From a virus (taxonomy: Duplodnaviria > Heunggongvirae > Uroviricota > Caudoviricetes), in the IMG/VR virus record IMGVR_UViG_3300032315_000486: a stretch of 25,663 bases of DNA. One strand, written 5' to 3'. Under the pieces are notes generated by a model. The model had not been told where the DNA came from and did not search any database. It worked only from the letters and a program-made list of their open reading frames with translations. Shown here in pieces: positions 6,162 through 15,500 of this stretch (positions are counted from its first letter, which is position 1; each line of letters opens with the position of its first letter). A program made the translations under genes and the position numbers.

Positions 6162-6539
6162 ATGGCCAAGGCTCGCATCTCTGACAAGGTTAAACTGGCG
6201 GTCCGCGCATCCTACGCGGGTTGCGTGTGCTGCGGAACCTATGACGCTTTCGACACGGGCCACATGATTGCCGAGTCGCGCGGCGGGTCGCTTGACCTGT
6301 CCAACCTGCGGTTGATGTGCGATCGCTGCAATGGGGCCATCCGCAATGCGAATTGCCAATTCGCCCGCTACGCGACCCCGAACGATGGCGCTCGCGCCGT
6401 AGTAGAAACTAATCGCGCCGCGTGGTTTGCTTATTGCGATTTGGAAATCCGGTATTGGGATGCAGAGGATCGGGTTATTAAGGGAAAGGCAAAACAGAAT
6501 CCTTATAAGCGGCCCGCGCCTTTTAGCGCGCCGCTCTAA
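6162..6539 (+). CDS. HNH-like protein, 125 aa, possibly degenerate active site
   Basis: CVCC...DTGHMI..RGG...NLRLMCDRCN; AAGGA RBS; TTGCCA-N17-TATAAA promoter at 6102-6130. Confidence 0.8.
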   Translation: MAKARISDKVKLAVRASYAGCVCCGTYDAFDTGHMIAESRGGSLDLSNLRLMCDRCNGAIRNANCQFARYATPNDGARAVVETNRAAWFAYCDLEIRYWDAEDRVIKGKAKQNPYKRPAPFSAPL

Positions 6540-6543
6540 TTAG

Positions 6544-6980
6544 ATTAAGGCGGGGGCAGTATTGCCCTCGCTTAATAGGGGGGCGGATATTAGGGCAGTT
6601 ATCGGGGCAGTTATAAGGGCAGTTAACAATTTGATTAGCTTAAAATCATGCTAGATTTTAATCTATTACAACCTAGGGCGGTTCTTAGGACTTGCTGATT
6701 CGGTGATTCGCGGGGCCCTTCGCCACGAAAACCATCAGGTATTTTTTCAAACTTTCCCAGAACGCCGTTGAACTCCGTTCAAACCGATACCGACCCGTTC
6801 AAACCGATACAACCTTACCTAGACTTGATGTCAATTTCGTTTCGTCAAAATCCGACGACCAAGTGACACAAGAAATTCTAGGATTCATCCCAGCCGCCTG
6901 CGCACAGGTTTCAACCTGTTTAACTCGTCTCACAACTGTCTCACACCCTCTCACAACCGCTCACACCCGCTCTTCGGGTG
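6544..6980. repeat. Non-coding repeat cluster: hairpin 6544-6576; GGGCAGTTA x3 (6593, 6605, 6617); CCGTTCAAACCGATAC x2 (6775, 6795); CTCACA x4 (6929, 6940, 6950, 6960); hairpins 6904-6919 and 6963-6980
   Basis: Read directly from sequence. Confidence 0.85.
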
Positions 6981-7006
6981 TCAAACTAAATTTAAAAAAA
7001 AGAAGT

Positions 7007-7035
7007 TTGACTTCGTTCGCAGTTCATCATATAAT
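7007..7035 (+). promoter_or_regulatory. Late promoter TTGACT-N17-TATAAT with upstream A-tract
   Basis: TATAAT at 7030-7035, 6 nt before ATG 7042. Confidence 0.75.
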
Positions 7036-7041
7036 TATTGT

Positions 7042-7479
7042 ATGAACAGACGTGAATCTCAACTAAAAATCATCGACTCGCTCAAGCGAATAGACGGACG
7101 CACAAGTCCGTGGAATCCCTCATACACTTTTAATGTGGACGTACACGACAACGTACTTGACCATGACGAATACGTAGACAACATCAACTCGTTTCCTTGT
7201 GTGATGATTATCATTACCGACACCCAGATTCGTCACATCGGCGGTGGCGAACGTTATGTGGTTAGTAGTTTTCGAATCCGTGGAATCACTTGGGATGAAA
7301 GTGTTGAAGATGCTGGTGAGCTGTTGGCTGATGACATTGAACATGCTCTCTCCTATGTTAGACAAGACAATCCAGAGTTTGACGAGGTCAGACTTGACAC
7401 GCTACAAACAGATGAAGGACTCAACGCACCTCTAGGAGCTGTCATAGTCCAAGGAACCATGGTGTATAGACATGAATGA
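7042..7479 (+). CDS. Tail terminator-like protein (T5 p142-like)
   Basis: FPCV and C-terminal TDEGLNAPLG resemble recalled T5 p142 (FPYV, TDEGLLAPYG). Confidence 0.65.
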   Translation: MNRRESQLKIIDSLKRIDGRTSPWNPSYTFNVDVHDNVLDHDEYVDNINSFPCVMIIITDTQIRHIGGGERYVVSSFRIRGITWDESVEDAGELLADDIEHALSYVRQDNPEFDEVRLDTLQTDEGLNAPLGAVIVQGTMVYRHE

Positions 7480-7921
7480 ATTAACAACCTACTCAGACAA
7501 TCTGAACTCTAGTCTAGACGCCCCTGAGCTAGACCCACAACACCTGCTTATAGCTAATGAACTGTTAGCCGGTAAGACGATTCCACAAATCGCTGATGAT
7601 TTCGGTATCTCGGCGGATCGCGTAACCGCGATTGTGGAGCGTAGTGATACCAAGCGATATGTGGATACTGTGATCATGAATCAAGGATATCTACACCGTT
7701 CTCGTCGTCTCTCGATCATCAATAAAGTTATCGACGAAAAACTTCAAGAGGCTGCCGAGACAGGCATGTACTCTAAAAAAGACTTATTTGACTGGATCAA
7801 GCTGCTAAATGATATGGATCGTGATGCTCGTCCTAAACAGCCGACAACTGCTGTGCAGGTAAACAACACTACTAACTATACCACCCTTATGCAAGATCTG
7901 TTTAAAGGAGATGGCAAATGA
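7472..7921 (+). CDS. terS: Terminase small subunit (T5-like)
   Basis: N-terminal HTH-like segment; IDEKLQEAAETG and the NYTTLMQDL tail resemble recalled T5 TerS. Confidence 0.75.
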   Translation: MNELTTYSDNLNSSLDAPELDPQHLLIANELLAGKTIPQIADDFGISADRVTAIVERSDTKRYVDTVIMNQGYLHRSRRLSIINKVIDEKLQEAAETGMYSKKDLFDWIKLLNDMDRDARPKQPTTAVQVNNTTNYTTLMQDLFKGDGK

Positions 7922-8298
7922 GTGCCGGACGCTATGACATAACACTAGAACAGGGAGCCACATTTGATCTTCCTCTCCGTTATCGCACTCCTGCCGGAGT
8001 GGCTGTTAACCTGACTGGTTATTCGGCCAAGATGCAGGTTCGCGAAGCTCCTGCTAGCAGTCTGCTTGTTGAGTTCAACTCGACACTCACCGCTAACGGA
8101 TTCATATGGTTGACTGGATCAGCTGAAAATCGTGAAGACGGAGCTAACGGTAATGTTCGTGTGTACATGACTGCTGCTAACACAGCTGCGCTGCCTCGTT
8201 TTGCAGGTCGTTATGATCTAGAACTTCGTGATGCTAGCGGTTATGTGACCCGCCTGCTTGAAGGTCAGTTCCGTGTAGAACCTGAGATCACTAGATGA
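7918..8298 (+). CDS. Ig-like fibre-attachment/collar protein (T5 p132/LtfC-like)
   Basis: QGATF...NLTGYSAKMQVR...YDLEL...RLLEG pattern of phage beta-sandwich adaptors. Confidence 0.6.
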   Translation: MSAGRYDITLEQGATFDLPLRYRTPAGVAVNLTGYSAKMQVREAPASSLLVEFNSTLTANGFIWLTGSAENREDGANGNVRVYMTAANTAALPRFAGRYDLELRDASGYVTRLLEGQFRVEPEITR

Positions 8299-8942
8299 AT
8301 CAAGTAACTGCTAATCCCATCCAAATGGTGGTGGAGGTCAATACCCCCACTCCTACTACCGTAACTGTGGAACGTCCGCAAGCCACAGTAGTGGCTGTGG
8401 CTGAGCAAGGTCCTCGTGGTCCTGCTGGTGTAAGTGGCACAGCTAACACATTTCTCATAGCTGGCGATGGCCTAACTGGTGGCGGCCCTATTTCTTCAAA
8501 CGTAACAGTTGCTGTAAATGCTTCTGTTGCTCGCGTAGGCGGGGTTCTGTGGTTAGACTATGCAAATGCTCGTGTAGGAATTAACCAAACTGATCCTCGT
8601 ATAGATCTTCAGATTGGTAGTGCTGGTCTGGGATCGTACACAGCCAACCTAACTAACGGAACTCCAAATCAGATCGTAGATCAGTGGTCGGCTCTTGATT
8701 TTAGATCAGCTAAGTATCAAATACAGCTGCACGCTCCTGCAGTTGACCAGTACGAGATAAGTGAGCTGTTTATAGTTCACAATGGTGGAGAATCATACTT
8801 GACTGAGTATGCTATCATAAACCAAGGCGTCAGACTAGCGCAATACAGCGCTTCAATATTTAACAATACAGTGCGACTTCTATGCAGTCCAACATACGGA
8901 ACCAGCTCGGTTAAGGTGTTTAGAACTGTTATCGCGACATAA
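8295..8942 (+). CDS. Short fibre/virion protein with a collagen-like triplet and C-terminal FRSAKY domain
   Basis: GPRGPAG; C-terminal about 90 aa similar to that of 8955..10700. Confidence 0.6.
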   Translation: MNQVTANPIQMVVEVNTPTPTTVTVERPQATVVAVAEQGPRGPAGVSGTANTFLIAGDGLTGGGPISSNVTVAVNASVARVGGVLWLDYANARVGINQTDPRIDLQIGSAGLGSYTANLTNGTPNQIVDQWSALDFRSAKYQIQLHAPAVDQYEISELFIVHNGGESYLTEYAIINQGVRLAQYSASIFNNTVRLLCSPTYGTSSVKVFRTVIAT

Positions 8943-8954
8943 AGGAAAACAAAA

Positions 8955-10700
8955 ATGGCAACATTAAAAGATTTTGTAGTTAATCGCGGGCTGGTAGTAA
9001 ACACTCAGGCAATCATCAACGGAGTTGATGTTCTAGCTAATGATGGCGTAACACTGCTTAGTGCCTACGCCAACGACGTGGCTACCCTAAACACACTACG
9101 AGCTAACGATTTTAACTCATTCACAACTCTGAACGGTAGAATCAACACTGTTCAAGATAACGTGGGGTCCCTCGTAGCTAATTACTCAGCTAATGACTAT
9201 GTGACATGGCTGGCAGCTATGGCCAACGACTTCTCAACCTATACCACTCTGAATGGTCAAATCAACACTGTTCAGAACAACGTAGGTTCTATCGTAGCTA
9301 ACTACTCAGCTAACGATTATGTGACATGGTTGGCTGCTCAGGCTAATGACGGAGTAACACTAGCTTCCGCTCGTGCAAACGACTATTCGACATATACCAC
9401 ACTAGTTTCCGCATATCAGTCAAATGATTATGCTACACTGCTCAGCGCTTATGCAAATGATGTTTCGACTCTTAATACGGCTCGTGCAAACGATTATGCA
9501 ACTCTACTCGCAGCACAAGCCAATGATGGCGTAACCCTACTTAACGCACGCTCAAACGACTACTCAACTTACACCACTCTGGTAAATGAGTACCAGGCTA
9601 ACGACAGTGCTACATATAACACACTGTTAAACGGATATCGCGCTAACGACTATGCCACTTGGAACGGTCTAAACTCGTACACAAACATCAAGGCTAACTC
9701 AGATGTTAATGTTATAGCAGGTAGTGGTCTTAGCGGTGGCGGAGCTTTAACGGGCAACGTAACTCTATCAGTAGACTCTACTGTTGTACGTACCACAGGT
9801 GCTCAAAATATTGGCGGGTTGAAAACTTTTACAGACAGCGTAGTTATATCGGGTGATCTTACTGTTGAAGGCAACACTACTACAATTGGTACTACTTCGC
9901 TTCTAGTTGAAGACAAGTTTATCGAGCTAGCCTCTAATACAACTGGCGTTCCTAGTGGAGACGTAGGTATCTATCTGAACCGCGGAAACGAAGGTAACTC
10001 TGCAATCTACTATGATCAGAGTGAAGGATACTTTGCTCTAGTTAACACTCTTGATCCTGCAACAAACACTGTGGTGAGTCCTACTAGCTATGCTGCTCTT
10101 CGCATTGGAACTCTAATAGTGTCCAACACTCAAGTGGTCACAAATCTTAACGCTGATCAACTAGACGGCCAAAGCGGTTCCTACTATCTAGATTTTGGAA
10201 ACCTAACAAACACTGGTGTTATAACTCTAGATCGTGTGTTAGCTAATGGAAACTCATCTTCGCACTCAATCAGCGTTGGTGGGCTAACAGTAGACGCTAA
10301 CACATTCCATGTGGACTCAACTAACAACTTTGTAGGTGTTCGCACTCTAACTCCACTAGCTCCGCTACAAGTAGAAGCTGTTGGTTTTGATACCAGCTTC
10401 CTTGCAACTACCACAACAACCTCCAACCAGGTGTTAGATTCGTTTGCAGCCGCATCCTTTAGAACTGCTAAATATACCATCCAAGTTCACGATACAGCCA
10501 ACAACTACTACCACTCTTGCGAGATCTTGCTGATCCATGACGGTGCTACTGTGTACATGACTGAGTATGCTATTGTGTTTACAAGCGTATCTCTGGCATC
10601 ATTTAACGCAGACATAAGCGGTGGAAATGTTAGACTTCTAGTAACTCCTACCAACAATACTAATAACATACGCGTTGTAAGATCAACGTTGTTAGTATAA
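8955..10700 (+). CDS. Fibre-like virion protein with ANDY coiled-coil repeats
   Basis: N-terminal KDFVVNRGLVV; many (A/S)ND repeats; GDLTVEG fibre motif; C-terminal FRTAKY domain. Confidence 0.7.
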   Translation: MATLKDFVVNRGLVVNTQAIINGVDVLANDGVTLLSAYANDVATLNTLRANDFNSFTTLNGRINTVQDNVGSLVANYSANDYVTWLAAMANDFSTYTTLNGQINTVQNNVGSIVANYSANDYVTWLAAQANDGVTLASARANDYSTYTTLVSAYQSNDYATLLSAYANDVSTLNTARANDYATLLAAQANDGVTLLNARSNDYSTYTTLVNEYQANDSATYNTLLNGYRANDYATWNGLNSYTNIKANSDVNVIAGSGLSGGGALTGNVTLSVDSTVVRTTGAQNIGGLKTFTDSVVISGDLTVEGNTTTIGTTSLLVEDKFIELASNTTGVPSGDVGIYLNRGNEGNSAIYYDQSEGYFALVNTLDPATNTVVSPTSYAALRIGTLIVSNTQVVTNLNADQLDGQSGSYYLDFGNLTNTGVITLDRVLANGNSSSHSISVGGLTVDANTFHVDSTNNFVGVRTLTPLAPLQVEAVGFDTSFLATTTTTSNQVLDSFAAASFRTAKYTIQVHDTANNYYHSCEILLIHDGATVYMTEYAIVFTSVSLASFNADISGGNVRLLVTPTNNTNNIRVVRSTLLV

Positions 10701-10727
10701 TGTCGGTCATCTAGGGATAGGGAACAG

Positions 10728-12338
10728 ATGGCAGATAAAGATTTTAGAGTCAAGCTAGGCTTGCACGTAGGCGCTAACGCTTACATAGAAGGAAATATAA
10801 CAAGCGTAGATCTTGTTCAAATGAACGTAGCCTCGCCAGCGACTGTTGGCGGGGCTGGTCAGCTTGCATGGAATACTACCGACAGAACTCTTGACATAGG
10901 CGTGAATGCTAATACCACACTACAGGTAGGTCAAGAGCAGTACTACTATGTTCGTAATCATACCGCAGTTACAATTCCTGATGGTACTGCGGTAATGGCT
11001 AATGGTGTTGGGGGCGCCAATAGGATACACATAGAGCCTGCTATAGCTAATGGCAGCGTACCTCCCAAGTATATACTCGGTATCACCACTGAAGAGATTG
11101 CAGCGGGGCAGACCGGTTTTGTTACATCATTTGGTAAGGTAAGAAACCTTAACACCTCTATGTTTAGTGAGGGCGACATTTTATATGCTAGTCCTAATAC
11201 TTATGGAGGTTTGTCTAACACCATCCCAATAGCTCCTAATAATATTGTTACCTTGGCTATTGTAACAAATAAAAGTGCTAGTACCGGCGAGTTATTTGTC
11301 CGTCCTATATACGGAAGTACCTTATATGAAAACGAAGATGTACACCTAGAGAGTGTATCTGACGGTCAAGCGCTAGTTTATGTTACTGCTAATGCTCGTT
11401 TTGAGAATAAAAACGTAGCTGCTGCCTCATCTAACAGTTTTACAACTATAAGCGTAAGCGGCCAAAGCAACGTTGTTGCAGACTCAAGCACCGACACTTT
11501 AACTCTGGCTGCTGGTACAGGCATTTCACTAACTACTGATGCTGCTACTGACACTATAACTATTACCAGCACTTCTAGTGGTGGAGACGCTTCTAATGCG
11601 TGGGTGAATGCAAACGACTACTCCACTCTACTGTCAGCTCGTTCAAATGATTTTAACACACTTCAGACAGCCTATGCAAATGACTATGCAACGTTATTAA
11701 CAGCGCAGGCTAATGATTTTAACACACTGCTGTCAGCGCGTTCTAATGATTATGCAACTCTGTTATCTGCGCAAGCCAATGACGGAGTTACTTTACTAAA
11801 TGCGCGTTCTAATGATTATGCAACTCTGTTATCTGCTTATGCAAATGACTTTGCACTATACTCAAGTGTGCGAAGCTTTAATGCTTTCGTAGTAGCAGGG
11901 CAAAGTGATGTGGTCGCAGACGGTTTCACTGACACTGTGACTCTGGTAGCCGGTACAGGCATTTCATTAACTACTAATGCTGCTGCTGATAGCATAACAA
12001 TCGCAAGCATAGGACCTCGACTAGTGTATCTAGCTGACTCTACTTCTATAACTGTGAACACAGATACGACGGATGTTGCTCAGCAAAATAATACTCAAGC
12101 TGTTGGAACTCTAACTGTGAATGCTCCTACAGGAACTATAACTGATTCAGAGAAATTTATTCTCAGAATAAAGAGCACTAATGTTCAGACATTCAGTTGG
12201 AATGGAGTTTTTGCAGGCTCTACAGATGGTTCGCTCCCCACTGTCACTAGCGGTGCTGGAAAAACAGACTATATGGGTTTCATGTATATGACTGCCGATA
12301 CTAAATGGCACATGATAGCCAAGAACTTTGGATTTTAA
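10728..12338 (+). CDS. Fibre-like virion protein with ANDY repeats between duplicated beta segments
   Basis: N-terminal KDFRVKLGLHV; two copies of GQS.VVAD..TDT.TL.AGTGISLTT; ANDYATLLSA repeats. Confidence 0.7.
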   Translation: MADKDFRVKLGLHVGANAYIEGNITSVDLVQMNVASPATVGGAGQLAWNTTDRTLDIGVNANTTLQVGQEQYYYVRNHTAVTIPDGTAVMANGVGGANRIHIEPAIANGSVPPKYILGITTEEIAAGQTGFVTSFGKVRNLNTSMFSEGDILYASPNTYGGLSNTIPIAPNNIVTLAIVTNKSASTGELFVRPIYGSTLYENEDVHLESVSDGQALVYVTANARFENKNVAAASSNSFTTISVSGQSNVVADSSTDTLTLAAGTGISLTTDAATDTITITSTSSGGDASNAWVNANDYSTLLSARSNDFNTLQTAYANDYATLLTAQANDFNTLLSARSNDYATLLSAQANDGVTLLNARSNDYATLLSAYANDFALYSSVRSFNAFVVAGQSDVVADGFTDTVTLVAGTGISLTTNAAADSITIASIGPRLVYLADSTSITVNTDTTDVAQQNNTQAVGTLTVNAPTGTITDSEKFILRIKSTNVQTFSWNGVFAGSTDGSLPTVTSGAGKTDYMGFMYMTADTKWHMIAKNFGF

Positions 12339-12349
12339 TTGAGGACACA

Positions 12350-12583
12350 ATGATAAAAATAGACTTTGAAATGACAAGTGATAACGGTGCGTGGATTTAT
12401 AGAGATGCTCTACATCTACCCGACGACCACACCTATACAGAAGCGGACATTGAAGTGATGAAGCAGGCTCGCTTTGCCAGATGGTTAGAAGTTATTACTG
12501 CTCCGCCTGTTATAGTTGAAGAAACTCCAGTAGATGTTTTACCCGATGAACCATCGGTTGAAGACATTCCTGTGCAGGAGTAA
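12350..12583 (+). CDS. 77-aa possible fibre-assembly chaperone
   Basis: GAGG RBS before ATG at 12350; small acidic gene between fibre and adhesin genes. Confidence 0.5.
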   Translation: MIKIDFEMTSDNGAWIYRDALHLPDDHTYTEADIEVMKQARFARWLEVITAPPVIVEETPVDVLPDEPSVEDIPVQE

Positions 12584-12585
12584 TC

Positions 12586-15500
12586 ATGGCTGATAGATAT
12601 TGGGTAGGAGGCACTGGTACTTGGAACGCAGTCTCTACAACTAACTGGTCTACTAGTAGTGGCGGCAGCAGCGGTGCTTCAGTTCCTACCGCTGCAGATA
12701 ACGTAATTTTTGATAGCGGTAGTAATGTTGGCACTGGTGCGTTTACTGTTACAACAGGTGTTTCAACTAGACCGTGCCTAAACCTAACTATATCTGGGCT
12801 TGATGGTGCAATGACTCTTGCTGGCAGTACTGGAATAACCGTGTCTGCAAGCATGTCACTTCCAGCCGCAAATTTAAGTTGGACTAATACAGGTACTTTA
12901 ACCTTTGCTGCTACTACCTCACAAACAATAACATCAAATGCAGTCACAATCGCTTCGCCAATTACTTTTAGTGGAACTGGAGGTACATGGGCACTACAAG
13001 ATGCACTAACATCCACCGGTTCGGCAGTAACACTGAGTGCGGGTACGTTAAATTTAAATGGTTATACATTAACTTGTCCTACATTTGTTTCTAACGTATC
13101 AGTAGCGCGCACCATAGCTTACGGGTCCACGGGTATAATAAATATAACAGGTACTGGCACTGTTTGGAATACCAGTACATTAACTAACTTTAGCTACACA
13201 GGTACTAGTAACGTAAGATTGACTAATGCGGGTTCTACAGCAATTACCATAACTCCAGGTTCTGCTACCGCAGCTCAAGCACAGAACTTTGCTATAACTG
13301 CAGGTACATATGCTCTCACCATAAGTGCTGGCAGCAATATAAACAACTTAGATTTTACAGGCTTTAGCGGATCGTTTACACTTGGCGGCACAGTAACACT
13401 CTATGGCAATTTGACTCTAAGTAGTACAACAACCAGTACGCTTGTTGCTAATAGTCTTACATTTGGTGGTACGAGTGTAACCCAAACTCTTACAACTGCC
13501 GACAAGAATATTGGGTGTAGTGTTAACATCAACGGTTCCGCTAATACTGTAAGACTAGTCGGAACATTAACCCAAACCTCTACACGTGCATTCACTCTGA
13601 CAAGTGGTACCCTTGACATAAACTCACAAACAACCAGTGTGGGTATTCTTACTATTGTTACTGGCACAAAGGCAATTACTAATGGCACTATTAATGCCGT
13701 ATCCGTCACTCATACTAGTGGTGCTATTGCTGTTACCTCTACTGCCACAATAGTAACTACAGGTACTTACACGTTTACAGCTGGATCAATAGATATTGGC
13801 AATAGTGCTGTTCTATCTGTAGGTGCCTTCAGTTCTGCCAATACCGGTACTAGATCAATTTCTTATAACACTTCAGGAGAGTTGCGACTTACCGGTACTG
13901 GCACTGTGTGGGATACGGGCACAGTAACAAACTTTAGTTATACAGGTACTAGTAACATAAGATTGACTAACTCGGGCTCTACTGCTATAACTATTACTGC
14001 AGGGTCTATGTCTGCCGCTCAGGCTCAAAACTTTGCTATAACAGCTGGGACATACACACTAACTACCACAACTAGTGGTGCAATGAATAATTTAGATTTT
14101 ACAGGGTTTAGTGGCACTTACGCACAGGCAGCTACTTCTATATCTGTTTTTGGGAATTTAGTATATTCTGCTACAATGACGACGTCTACTACAGCAGGTA
14201 GTGGTTTTATAATAATGGCTGCAACTAGCGGTACTGATACTATAACTACAAACGGCATTACTGTAAACAATAACATACGATTCAATGGTGTTGGTGGCAC
14301 ATTTCAGTTAGCCGATAACTTCACTCAAGGCACTACTAGTTATTTTAATATACAAAATGGAACTGTTGACTTCAATAACGTTATTTATTCAATAGGTGTT
14401 CTAGAGTTCACCTCTGGTACTAACTCGTATATAAATTATGGCGGTACTTTAAATCCTGCTTCCGTTATTCATACCTCAGGAACTGTTAATACTGGAACTG
14501 GTGCATTAATCGTCACTACAGGTTCATATACTTTTACTGCAGGAACTCTAAACATAAACAACGGTGTCACGCTATCTGTACGTTCCTTTTCATCTGTTAA
14601 TACCAATACGCGTGTAATAGCTTTTGGCACAGGCAATATAACTACTACAGGTAGTGGAACTATGTGGAACGTGACGGCGGCTACAGGTTTTAGCTATACA
14701 GGCACTCCAACAGTACGTATAAATAATAATACTGCTACCTCTGGATCTATAAATAATACAGCAACTGCTGCCAGCGCAGTTAACTTCAATATCGTTAGTG
14801 GTACATATACTTTAACAATAAGTACTGCCGGCTCTTTTAATGATATAGACTTTACAGGGTTTGCAGGTACTATGTCATTTGGTAGTACTAACATTACTAT
14901 GTATGGTAACTTAACACTAGCGACCGGTATGACAACTACAGGTACTGCTAGTCAAACTCATATTACATGGGCACACACTACTGGAACTGAGATTATAACT
15001 TCTAATGGAATAACTTCTAATTTTGGAATTAGAGTAAACGGAACTGGTGGAACTCTAAGGTTTGCTGATACATTCAATCAGGGCTCTACTCAAGTATTCA
15101 TATTAACAGCAGGTACTTTTGATCTTAATTCGCAGTCTGTTACTGCAGGAATATTTAATATAAATACTGGTACTCATGCTATCACTAACGGCACTTTAAA
15201 TTGTGCTTCAGCCACTCATTCTAGCGGTGACTTGTCGATAGGTACTGGTTATAATGTTATTTGCTCCGGTGCTTATACATTTGTACTAGGTTCTATAACT
15301 ATAAACAATGATGTAAATTTATCAGTTGGATCGTTCAGCTCGGCCAACACCAATACTAGATCTATTGCTTTTGGTGCTGCTGGTACTATAACTACTACCG
15401 GTACTATTAACGTATGGAACGTCACCGGTGTTAGTGGATTTTCTTTTACTGGTACGAGTAAAATTATAGTAAATAATAATACTTCTACAGCCGTAAACGT

